From positions 17,899,070 to 17,963,069 of the forward strand of contig JARFYF010000118.1 in the NCBI GenBank assembly GCA_030265395.1: a stretch of 64,000 bases of DNA, written 5' to 3'. Origin of the DNA: Rhina ancylostomus. Taxonomy: Eukaryota. A program made the translations under genes and the position numbers. Below are positions 13,281-24,624 of this stretch, in pieces; positions within the stretch are counted from its first letter, which is position 1, and each line of letters starts with the position of its first letter. Under the pieces are notes generated by a model. That model had not been told where the DNA came from, did not search any database, and saw only the letters and a list, made by a program, of their open reading frames with translations.

Positions 13281-13924
13281 ACTCAGTAGCAAACTGAGCA
13301 TCATTCAGACCAACAAAGTATGCCAAAATAGGAAGGTAACAACAGCTTTTTAATGAAGCAGTTACATTTGCTCAAATGATGTTGAATCCTTCAGTTAAAA
13401 CAAGGTGGAGTTAAATGTCACTTACAGTTTAAGCACAGAACATATGCACATTAGTATACATGTCATCTTGGTGAGGGAGCATCACCTAAGCTATAAGTAT
13501 AATTGAATTTCAGGCAAGGCAAATAAGAAGGATGTTGTCTTACAAAATTTTTAAAAGTCAAATTTAAAAGGAACATTCATACAATTACATGGGAATACAC
13601 TTATGAAAAATGCCAAGTTAAAATTTGGAAGGAAAAGATCTCATTAATCATATCTGAAATATCTAAAATTTAATGCTGAAAACGGTTTAATTTAAGAACT
13701 TCATTGCCTGTCAATGAAGCTTTGCTTCTCATCAAGGAAATATGGAATATTGCTTGTCAGTTTAAATAGATTTCTGGAATTGTGTGTATGTGTGTATATA
13801 TTTTTTTAAGTTACTGACAAAATGAAGAATCTTATGAAGTTTTATTTTCTGGATGCGTATTATTTGTCTCTGATTTTTGTGTTAAAGTTCAATTTTTGTT
13901 TCAGTCTTTTAATTTTAATTCCAG

Positions 13925-14023
13925 TCAGATGACAGTTCCCCTTTACGGTATGGCGCTCAAATGTTCCAAGTGTGGAGTTATATCTTCAGCTGAAGTATCG
14001 GCTACAGTCACCAGTAATGCCAT
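13925..14023 (+). CDS. ADGRB1: ADGRB1 ICL3 cassette exon (99 nt, frame-preserving)
   Basis: ttaattccag|TCAGATG...GCCAT|gttagt. Translates (G)QMTVPLYGMALKCSKCGVISSAEVSATVTSNA(M), similar to the BAI3 ICL3 segment [33 protein letters not shown]. Phase 2-2 fits both flanking exons. Confidence 0.92.
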
Positions 14024-14386
14024 GTTAGTTCTTGTAATTTCAATACTTAATTTTAATTCTGTCTTCTGAAGGACATACCAGCAGTTAATTGTTAGTTTAC
14101 TGAGCATGCATGGGTTGTTAATTTTTTAGTCTTTAAAAAAAAACATCTTGTGCAAAAAATGAATTGTATTATACTTTAACAATAGTGTGACCTTGGATTT
14201 GCTGACATCACTCATGATTGCTTTAAGTGTACCAAAGCATAATAGCTTTGAGCTGCCATACATGTCATCAATCTAGCTAGCTATCTGTTCCCCTCCATTG
14301 TGGAGGCAGTCACTAATCTCCTAACTGAGGTTGATCCTGATGTGGTAACTACCATGCAGTGGTGAAATGTTAACTTTTCTCATATT

Positions 14387-14448
<62 letters not shown>
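14387..14448. repeat. Compound microsatellite (TG)6(TA)~22(CA)3
   Basis: Directly visible. Confidence 0.95.
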
Positions 14449-14749
14449 GTCACTACAAATTATTTAAAGAGACAATAATTCTCAAGACTAACTCAAGCAT
14501 TGCAGTGTTATTAACTTGTTTTAATCCAAATGGCTTCATCGCATTGTAGATTTCCATATTACAGCAATGCATTATGTTAGATTACTGTGCCAATGAATCT
14601 CCATCCTACACGCAAGTAATTTGCACTCCTAGAGCTAAGGCCGTAAGTTTTGGTTAGGGTGTCCGTATACCTCAGGCTACTAATTGGAAAACACATAGAA
14701 ATTCCACCATTGAAGGCTTAAATTGTATAACCACAACTTTCATTTATGT

Positions 14750-15480
14750 TGTGCCCGTAACTTAGGAAGATGTCCAGATGCTACACGTGAGTGTAATCAG
14801 ACAAACATTTGCCAGTGACTAGTCGAATGTTAAAGAAAACCTTAAAATGGAAATTGAGGCAGAGAAAAAAAAATTGAAGGGAATTTCAACGATTGACACC
14901 TAGACAGCTGATGTCAATGGTACATAAATGGAGGTGGGATATGCAAGGGACATGAAGGGAGGACCAGATTTGGAGTATTGCAAGGCTAGTGGAGGTCAGT
15001 GAGGGAGAGAGGCAACCAGGACTTGAGAATGAGAATTTAAAATATCTGCCTTTGATGGGCCAGGAGTCATATGTCCTCAAGGACTGGAGTGACATATTAG
15101 GTGATGACAGTTGGAATGAGGGCAGAAGAGCTTCAGATGAGCTCAGCATTATGGAGGGTGAAAAATCAGAAGCTACTCAGCAGAAATGATTAAAGATAAT
15201 GGAAAAAGTGAGTGAGGGTTGACAGAGGTCAATGATATTACAGAGGTGGAGGTAATTGGTTTTTGTGAGGAAGTATCAGTACAGAAGCTCAGCTCAAGTT
15301 CCCATGAGAAGATGAGTTTGCAGACAGCCTGGTTCATCTGACAATGACTGGCACATGGTGGCAAGGGAGCGGAATTTGATGTATGCCGAAGAGAATGACT
15401 TTAGCCTTAAATGTTTAAACATTCTGTTGATACAGATGGAGCAGAGGTATTAGGGCAAGTGGTGCTGAACTACAAACAGG
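14750..15480 (-). mobile_element. Old L2-type LINE fragment
   Basis: Purine-rich + strand that parallels the 20620-22080 element (gagaatttaaaat...; gagtttgcagacagcctggttcatct). Confidence 0.5.
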
Positions 15481-17954
15481 TGCCAAAAAGGTGCAGTGTG
15501 GAACTTGAGATTTATTCAACTGGTCTTGTTAAGAGTTGGTGTGTACTTGTCTAAGGACAGTGACTTCTTCACATAACATGATCATTGATGCTGTAAACAT
15601 GTTGTATTGTGGCAGGATCTCAGAATGGGTGAACTCAAAAGAGTAATTCTCAATTGGGAGCATTTGTAAATGTGATAACGCACTTTGTTAAACCTCTCTT
15701 CGCTATGTTCAGATAATTGTGACGTAATGATGTTCAAAGTTCTACAGCACTGCAGGTATCACCAATAATTCTTGTAGGTTCAGACTTCTGGCCCTACTTT
15801 CCCCAATATACAAGACTAAAATTTTCTCCATTTCCCGTCTTTCAAAACAAAACAATTGCTGTTTGAAATTATATTCCCCCACAGACTCATTCCTTGTGGG
15901 GGAAAAAACTTAAATGAAAGAAAGCAACACCTCAGGACAAGCTTTGGAAGGGAAAGCTTAACAAAAAAAGTGCCAATGATAAATTTCGTGTTCTTAAGCC
16001 ATTTTGGGTGAAAGAATGTGGTTCATTTGAGCAATAAGAAATAGAGAGCGATATATGTTGTCAAAAGTTGAATAGCGGAGAATTTCAGTGATAGTGTAGA
16101 GTCCAGAATAAAAGAATGTGCAGGAATGAGTTTTGGTTTGATGCAGCTCGACTCAGCTGCGTTTCACTTCCTTGATGGTCTCCTTATCCAATAGTTTGAT
16201 TATTTATATTGTTGGCAGAACACAGGAAAATCACAGCAGGAGTAAGTGATCAGATTCCTCAAGCCTGCACTACTATTCAGTATGATCATGGCTGATCTAT
16301 TCTGGCCTGAATTCCTCTTCTGTACCAGTTTTCCAAAATCCATACCTCCTCGATTCCAACTAATTTTGTATCACAGCCCTATTCAAAAGCAAGCAGAGAT
16401 CAGGGGTTCTTGGAAATGGTTTTAGTGGTTGCTTAGAAGACCAACTGAATATTTTCATTTCTTGGAACTGATTCTGCACTCTAGTTGGAGATCTTAGCCA
16501 AACCTTTTCTGAACATTTCATTTGCAGAAGGGTAGAAAAAGTATTTCACCTGAATAAATGTTACAGAGTACTCGTGGCACAAACTATGTTTATGACACAA
16601 TTCCACCCCCCCCATTTAATTGATTGAGGCAAATTATTTGTGACTTAATAAAAGCTTTGAGGTTTCTAAGTAATATTAACTACTCTGATAAAATATTTTT
16701 TTAAATGGGTAAAATCCCAGTTGTAAATAGGAGTCTGTGGATGAGTGAACACACTGAACTGTCATAGTGTTTCTATCAGAATAAATGCTGACATTTTGTT
16801 TCCACATTTTTCACTTATAATAATTTATCTTGCATCTTTACAATGACGTATAAAACCATTAATTCCTTACGTGTGGACTAATCCTTCACAACCTCTTGTG
16901 GCCTTTGGAATTCCGTCACTTTCCCTTTCCCAAGTAGTTTTATGGAGATGATTAAAAAGGACTGTAACATTTCACTATGAATCACCTCCTTAGGGCCCAA
17001 CCTCAAAGTGCACAGAAAATCTAAATATATACTTGTAACAAAAGGCCTTGAGCATAAACCAAGGTTTATGTTCCTTTTAAAGGGCAGCTTATGAGCCTTT
17101 GCGTTGGGCTGGCTCTGTGAACAGAGAACAGTGAATTCGTTCTCCAGTTCAGGGACATGTCTATCTTTTCCCCTTCTCAGACCAGTTCAGTGCAGGAGCA
17201 GGTCATCTATAAGGTGTGGACCTTACATGCATTGTCCTTTTCATGTGTGATCTAGGAAGGTGATTTTAAGAAAGAACAGTGCATGTAGGGTCCAAACCTT
17301 ATATATGGCTCATGCAACAATAATTGAGTCCAAAGCCAACTATTGTGAAGAGAATATTTTTTGGAAATGCAAAGACTGAATGACTAATTCCAGTAGATAC
17401 AGTGGCCCTCTATTAGGGTTAATGCTTCATGTGTTAGGCCCTCAAACCATCTGCTTTAAGGAAAATCCATTTTGTCCAATCTCTTCACAAAACTCTATTC
17501 CCTTATCCGTGGCCCTATTCCAGTACATTGCTTCTTCATTCTCAACTAGCTTTTGCCTCTTCTATTGAGTGTGGTTCTCAGAATTGTACACAGTCTATTA
17601 GCTGAAGCCTGATCATTTCTGCTGAGATTTAGATTATCCAGTGATATTTGGAGTTGACAGTGGTAGCCTGTTCTCCAGTAGAGATATCTGACAGTGTGAT
17701 CAGGAATATATAACAGGAAATGAAGGGTGAAGTAGTTGCTGGTTGAAACACAAGAACTAATTTTCCAAACTTGGATATGATTGCTTAGATGAATATTGTT
17801 TCAATGAGAGCTGCATCTGTTGGACTGTATTTTGACGTACTGTTACGTGTCAAACATGATGGTGAATCGGAAGCAAATTTTACATCATCCCAGTGAGGAG
17901 AATGAGCAAGGATTTAACTTTGACTGCATTTGGAGAGGCATGTTAACTGCTTTG

Positions 17955-18855
17955 AACATAGAGAAGTACAGCATCGGAACATACCTTATGGCTCACCATG
18001 CGCCAACTATGACACCAAATAAAACTCATCCTATCCGCCCGTATATAATCTGTATCCCTCTATTCCCTGCCTGTTCATGTGTCTGTCAAAATGACTCTTA
18101 AACGTTGCTATTGTATCTGCTTCTACCACCTCTCCTGGCCACATGTTCCAGGCACCTACCACTCTCTGTGTACAAAAAAGAACTTGACTTGTACATTTCC
18201 CTTGAACTTTCCCTCTCGCATCTTAAAGCTATGCCCTCTACTACTTGACATTTTCACCCTGGCAAAAAGACTCTATCTACCTTATCTATGTCTCTGTGCC
18301 TCTCATGATACTATCAGCCCCTCAGCCTCTGATTCTCCAGAGAAAACAACCCAGGTTTGTCCAACCTCTTCTTCTTGCTGATAGAATTCAATCCAGGCAA
18401 CATCCTGGTGAACCTGTTTTGCACCTTTTTCCATAGCCTCCACATCCTTCTTATAGTGCACTGACCAGAACTGCATAGAATATATCGATTGTGCCCTGAC
18501 CAAAGCTTTATATAGCTGCAGCATGAATTCCTAACTTTTATACCCAATCCCCTGACTGATGAAGGCAAGCATGCTGCATGCTGCCTTTACTGCCTTTTGT
18601 ACTTGTATTGCCACTTTCAGCGAGCTATGGGCTTGCACCCCAAAATCTCTATGTTGATCAATGTTCTTAAGAGTCCTACAATTTACTGCATACGTTTCTC
18701 TTGCATTGGACTTCCCAAAGTACAACATCTCACACTTGTCTGGATTAAACTCCATCTGCCACTTCTCTACCCAAATTTCCAATGGATGTATCTCCTGCTG
18801 TACCCTTTGACAAACTTCCTCACTATCCACAGCTCCACCAAGTTGCATTGGCATA
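17955..18855 (-). mobile_element. CR1 LINE, RT C-terminal part and 3' end
   Basis: Peptides WVEKWQMEFNPDKCEMLYFGKSN, LQLYKALVR, QFWSVHYKKDV and KVQNRFTRMLPGL across frameshifts. Confidence 0.9.
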
Positions 18856-19017
18856 GATATTTGCATTGTGATTAGTTATAACTGTGCAAGGGCCATTCAC
18901 CTGCATGTCACTCATTACCCAGACCCCTGTTCCTCGTTTTTATTTTGCTGAATAAAACATATCTGTTAAGTTCAGGAGTAGGTCAGTTGGTCCTCGATCT
19001 TGCTCTGCTATTCAATA

Positions 19018-19405
19018 AGATTGGGATTGGTTTATTATTGTCACTTGCACCCAGGTACAGTGAAAAACTTGTCTTGCATACCGATTGTACAGGTCAATTC
19101 ATTACACAGTGCAGTTACATTGAGTTAGTACAGAGTGCATGGATGTAGTACAGGTAAAAACAATAATAGTACAGAGTAAAGTGTCACAGCTACAGGGAAA
19201 GTGCAGTGCATTAAGGTGTAAGGTCACAACAAGGTAGATCATGAAGTCGTAGTCCGTCTTATTGTATAAGGAAACCATTCAATAGTAATATCACAGTGGG
19301 GTAGAAGCTGTCCTTAAGTCTGCTGGTATGTGCCCTCAGGCTCCTGTATCTTGTACCCGATGGAAGAGGAGAGGAGAGAATGTCCTGGGTGGGTGGGGTC
19401 TTCCC
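19018..19405 (-). mobile_element. Rex1/Babar-type LINE 3' end
   Basis: Peptide SPLPSGTRYRSLRAHTSRLKDSFYP and a (gattgg)-like tail. Confidence 0.8.
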
Positions 19406-19829
19406 TTCCCCTCCTAAAGATAACAGTACAGTTATAATCCTCCCCAAGAGTCAAGACCTGACCTGTGCATGCCACTGAGGTATTCAACCGAAAAAGGTAA
19501 TCACAGTAGGGCTCAATGTTTGACGTCTTGAAGATTTTCCAGCGTGAGTTATCAGAAGATGATCAGGACAAATGCTTATTCCTATTTATATTTTCCCTGT
19601 TCCCAATCCCAAGGCAATGGACAAAATGAATCTGAGCAACAATTTTCACTTATTATTTCTATGTGACAAAATGGAGAAGGTGGAGTCTTCATGCTTGGTA
19701 CAAGATGGACTTGAGAAAGGAGTTGCAGCATGAATTAAAAGCTGCCACTAGAAGGCCCACTGCATAAAAAAGTCAAACAGGTTGTTCAGTAGCAAGATCT
19801 TTAATTAACACCTTTGACTGATAGTAACA

Positions 19830-19970
19830 GAACATGCAGAAAGGGGAAGGATATGGTCAATGTGCAGGAAAGAGGAATTAAATCAATTAGGAGTCATTGG
19901 TTTAATTAGCTCGGTACAACATCATGGATCAAAGGGCCTGTCCTGTGCTATACTGTTCTATGTTCTATGC
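19830..19970 (+). mobile_element. CR1 LINE extreme 3' end
   Basis: aaagggcctgtcctgtgctatactgttctatgttctatg tail. Confidence 0.7.
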
Positions 19971-20619
19971 TCATTGGTGGCAATTTGTATGACTACTTCT
20001 AGTGATATTCAGCAACCTAAAGTATTCTGACCATTTCATGTTCATTGGTGCCAAAGCTGAAAACATTGATAGGATTTCGGGCAAACTCTGCAAGGACCCC
20101 AGCAAGACTTTTCCAAACCATCTCCACCAAGACATCTAGAGGCACATTACAGAAACTATGCAACTTTTTATTGAGCTCTCAGCTGTACAGTACTGCCCCT
20201 GCCTGGATACTTCACTCTTTCGGTGGAAGTAGGTGCAAGGAGCCACGTATACTGTTGTAAGAAACTTGTGTCTTATCTGCATGGGAGTGGTGAACTTGCA
20301 GGTTTCTGATTTAGGAGCTCCAGACAAGGCCTGGTAATTAACAACAAACAATCTGCTGGAAGAACTCAGTGGGTAGAGCAGCATCTGTGGGGGGAAAGGA
20401 ATAGTCAGCATTTCAGGTCGAGACCCTGCATCAGGACCTGCATTGGGAATTAACAATTATGTTTGAAACTGTGTGCTAAATCCTGAATTTTTAACAGGCT
20501 TGTATTAATAGAATGGCGATCATTTAGTACCTGTTTTACATTACCCCCTTTTTCCACTACCCCCCACATTGTACATATATAGCACTTTTTATAACTGTAG
20601 AACATCCTAAAGCATTTTG

Positions 20620-22080
20620 CAACCACTAAACAACAATAACAACACCCTGTACTTCTATCACACCTCCAAAACAACATTGTGCACCCAGAACCAAAAAACT
20701 GATAGGCTTGCTTAAAGAGATAGCTTTTAAGGAGCGAATTAAAGAAGGAAAAAGAGTTTTAGGAAGGGAATTTCTCAAGTTTGGAGACTTGGCAGCTGAA
20801 GGCATAGGCATCGATGTTGAAACAATTATAATCAGGGATTGTTAAGAAGCGAGTATTGGAGAATTATCTTTGCAATCTCCTCCAACATCAGAGAACTATA
20901 AGGCTGGAGGATCTAATGCTTTGGCAAGATTTGAAAACAAAATAGGAATTTTAAAATCAAGGTGTTATTTGAGTGGGAGAAACCTTAGATCAGCAAGTAC
21001 AGGGCTAATGGATGAACAGATCTCAGTGGGAGTCAGAATGTTAACAGCAGAGTTTTGGATGACCTCAGATTTACTGAGGAGGGAACGTAGAGACTAGCCA
21101 GGTGCGGGCTGGAATAGACAAGCCTACTCATGATGGGGATCTCAGTAGCTGATGAGCTGAGCAGCTGGAGTGTTACAGGGGGGTGCGTATAGGTGTTGGT
21201 AGTGATGTACAGAGATGTGGTTGGAAGTTCATCATAGGATTAAAAATATCACCAGACTTGCAAAGAGTCTGGTGTAATTTCAGGCAGAGGCCTGTGAGAG
21301 GGATGGAATTGTGGATAGGACCAGTGTTTTTGGCTGTCAGAATCAAATTCTCATTCTGATATTTTTTGCAACATAGAAGGAGGCCCATCAAATCTATGCC
21401 AGCTCTCAGACTAATCCCATCAATCCCATTCCCCTACATAGATCCCTACAACTTATTCTTACCAAACTCCCCCCTGATCCTCATACCACCCATCAATAAT
21501 TGGGGTATTTTACAGTGGCCAGTTAACCCACCCACACATTGGTCTTTGGAATGAGGGAACAAACTGGAGCAACCAGGGGCAACCCCTGTAGGCACATGGG
21601 GAATGTGCAAACTCCACAGAGACAGCTGTGGAGATCAGAATCATGCCCAGGTAGCTAGAGCTGTAGAACTGTGCCACCCAAGAAAGTCTGGCCAAGGAGG
21701 TCTCCAGAGTAAACCTTATGGATAGGCAAAGGGATGCCATTGAAAGGAACTCTCTGACCGCAACTTACTAGATAAGAATGGAACCAAATGAGCACAATCC
21801 CAGTCAGCTAGCCTGGTGATAAGGCTTTGGAGGAGGATGGTACATTTGATAATGTTCTAGGCTGAAGGAGGTTGAGAAGAACAAAGTCTTATCATAGGTC
21901 ATCTTGAACTTGATAAAGAACACTTCCATGAGGGAAACCGGGTTGGAGAGATTCATNNNNNNNNNNTTTGGAGAGGAAAGGGAGTTTGGAGATGGTGCAG
22001 TAATTTGGAAATAAAGGTGTTGGGGGGTGGGGAGATGCTAAGGAATAATTTTGGGCAGTGTGGTGATTAATTAGTTTTAA
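20620..22080 (-). mobile_element. Old L2-type LINE interrupted by a SINE
   Basis: Minus-strand AAKSPNLRNSLP (similar to AP.LWNSLP) near the 3' end. A purine-rich body continues on both sides of the SINE. Confidence 0.55.
21372..21680 (-). mobile_element. HE1/V-SINE-like element
   Basis: gaatgtgcaaactccacagagacagc is the reverse of the V-domain, with a CR1-like tail at 21372. Confidence 0.75.
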
Positions 22081-22469
22081 AGTGCAGTTACCGTTGTAAT
22101 ATGGGAAAAGCCTATTGCTGTAATCCCCTGTATTTCTGTAAGTGTAATAAAGGACAGAGAATTTACTGCCCTTTAATCTGTTTAAGATTTACTGCTCCAG
22201 CATAAAATATACCTTGAACATAATTTTTCAAATGAAGCTGACATTGGGCAGGTCAGTAACACTGCCGTGTATTTCCAATATGTCATTTAGAATTCTTCTC
22301 TGTATTTAATCAGTTCTTTAAAACTTAATATTTTCTAGCATTGCAATATAAGAAGATTGATTCAAATTCAAAGATATTGAAAACGCATTATTAGCTTGGA
22401 TATATCAAGAAAGCAGAATTGTTGTGATGTATTTTACCTCTCATATATAACTGAACAACTAAAACAGTT

Positions 22470-22685
22470 TATATAACAATTCAAATAAGATCAGGACATT
22501 CTTCCAGTAACTGAGATAACATTCTTCCCTCAGTAAACACCACAAAGAAATAAATCATCCAGCCATTCAATCATTTGCTCAGTATGCCATCTTGCTGGGA
22601 ATCCACATTATAGTTACAGCATTTCAAAAGCAAGATGCCTTTGGATGTCTGGGGCATCTGTTAAACTGCAATAGAAATAGAAACA
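22470..22685 (+). mobile_element. Decayed Deu-domain SINE fragment
   Basis: Weak similarity to the 3' half of the 12270-12500 element. Confidence 0.35.
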
Positions 22686-23046
22686 CCCTTTCCAGGTTTT
22701 TTAAAATAATGATTATTGCCACAAGATGGTAGAAGGCTTATCACTTTTGGGAAAAAGGCCTTAAACTGTCAAAGAGGAGGTTGGATATTTTCTTCAATGC
22801 AGGACAAATGTAGAGAGTATAACATCAGCCTCTTTCCTATAGTTTGTATCCATTGGTTACAAAGCTGAAATAATTGGAATGGCTGCCTACAAAAGATTCT
22901 CAGCAGAGGAATGGTAAAAACTGAAGGAAAATAGAGAAGAGACTTCAAATTGGAAAATGAGTAACAAAATTTTCTGACGGTTTAAAATCAGAATTATATC
23001 CAATGATATATTAAATCAGAATCATGCAATTTATAAATCATTGTAC

Positions 23047-23427
23047 CTTGACAATTTCTAATATCTCCTGCTTGTTGATTGTGCCATTGCCATCCACGTC
23101 ATAAAGAGAAAAAGCCCATTCAAGCTTCTGCGAAGTTTTTCCAGAAGAGGTGAGGTGAAGGGCAATGATGTACTCCTTAAAATCCAAGGTCCCATCACAG
23201 TTGGTATCAAAGCTCCTGAAAACATGTTGAGCATATTCTTTGGGATCTGCATCTGGGAAGAAGCCAGAGTAGATTTGCTGAAATTGTGGCATGGTGATCT
23301 TACCATTTGGGCATTCCTTCAAGAAAGTTTGGTACCACACACAGAGCTCCTCTTCTGTGTATTTGGTGTTGAGTTTGAGATCTTCCAAAATGTCTTTGGA
23401 GAGGGCGCTGCTTTTGGTGTTTCCCAT
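23047..23427 (-). CDS. RCVRN: Recoverin/visinin-family neuronal calcium sensor, coding exon 1 (127 codons), antisense inside an ADGRB1 intron
   Basis: ATG at 23427. Shows the MGNTKS myristoylation motif, EF1 CPNG, EF2 loop DTNCDGTLDFKE and EF3 loop DVDGNGTINKQE. Ends EILEIVK|gtacaa after 381 nt, the intron position recalled for mammalian RCVRN. Recoverin versus visinin orthology is unresolved. Confidence 0.93.
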
Positions 23428-23519
23428 TTCCAGCCGCAGTGGGGCAAGAAGAAGAAAGGGCAACGGAGGACTTCTCCTAACTCAACACTGCACAGACTGG
23501 CACCAGGTGCATACTTACA

Positions 23520-23630
23520 TGAACATATTAAAGCTTGATGGATTAGAGGGATTAGCCTTCATCTCCTTAAGGCTGACATTCACACAGACAGCAGAATTCC
23601 TATTAACAGAGCAAGCTAATTAGCTAATGG
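23520..23630 (-). promoter_or_regulatory. Candidate photoreceptor promoter of the recoverin-family gene
   Basis: Two tandem CTAATCC (CRX/OTX consensus) sites at 23540-23546 and 23549-23555, a TATA-like TTTAATAT at 23525-23532, and a palindromic GCTAATTAGC (Ret1/PCE1-like homeodomain site) at 23615-23624. All lie 100-200 nt upstream of the ATG. Confidence 0.7.
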
Positions 23631-24196
23631 AAGTAACTGTAACTAAAGCATGAAATCCTAAAAATATCAACAAAACACATCTCCCCTTCGGTACATTTAA
23701 TTTTCCTTGCAGTGTTTTTTAACACTCATGATTACTATCAGTCCTCTGTCCCCTCTGAATTGGAATTAGAAAAATATGTTACTTTTGTTATTTGTTCTCA
23801 GGATGAGAATGATACTGGCAAGACCAGATTTCTTGCCAATGTTGAACTGCCCTGAGATGGAGGTGGTCTTTCCCCTGGAATGGCTGCAATCCTTATGGTG
23901 ACCATGCCCCCACGTTGACCCAAAGAAGGGCCTTGACTCAATGGCTATTAAAAACTGCTCAATATCCAAGATCCATTGCAGTTGGTATCAAAGCTGATGA
24001 AGACATGTTGGGAAGAACAGCACATGGTGAACTCAAACAATAGGATGTGCCTCATAAGGGGAATGGAGGTGCTGATGTTACATTGCTGCTCTAGTCCCCC
24101 TTGGAGCTAGAGGTAACGGGAAGTGGTGTGAAAGCCATTCCTACTGCTTTGCAAACTTCAGAGATGGTTTTTGATTAGAATTCTGAATTAGCTAAT

Positions 24197-24524
24197 GTAG
24201 TCATAAGGTCATAGAGCCACAGAGTCAAGCAGCACAGAAACAGGTCCTTCCTCTCACCGCATCAATGCTGACCTTTTTGCCCACCTACACTATCCCATGT
24301 TCCCACATTAGGACCATATCCTTCCATGCCTTGCCTATTTAAGTGTCTGTCTAAGTTCCTCTTAAACGTAGTGATTGTATCTGATTCCACCACCTTCTCT
24401 GGCAGCAAGTTCCAAATATCAACCATCCTCCGTATAAAAAAACTTATTGCTCAGGTCCCCTTTAAAATTCCTCCCTCTCTCCTTAAACCTATGCCCTCTT
24501 GTTTTCGATAGCTTTCCATGGGGA
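24197..24524 (-). mobile_element. CR1 LINE 3' end
   Basis: (gtcatag)-type tail, acaggtccttc, and a 3' body similar to the other CR1 copies. Confidence 0.8.
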
Positions 24525-24624
24525 NNNNNNNNNNNNNNNNNNNNNNNNNNNNNNNNNNNNNNNNNNNNNNNNNNNNNNNNNNNNNNNNNNNNNNNNNNNN
24601 NNNNNNNNNNNNNNNNNNNNNNNN

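Noticed and set aside
23428-23463. 12-aa N-terminal extension in the ORF track (MPFLLLAPLRLE)
   Set aside because: It starts at a non-ATG codon and would block Gly2 myristoylation. The true start is the ATG at 23427.
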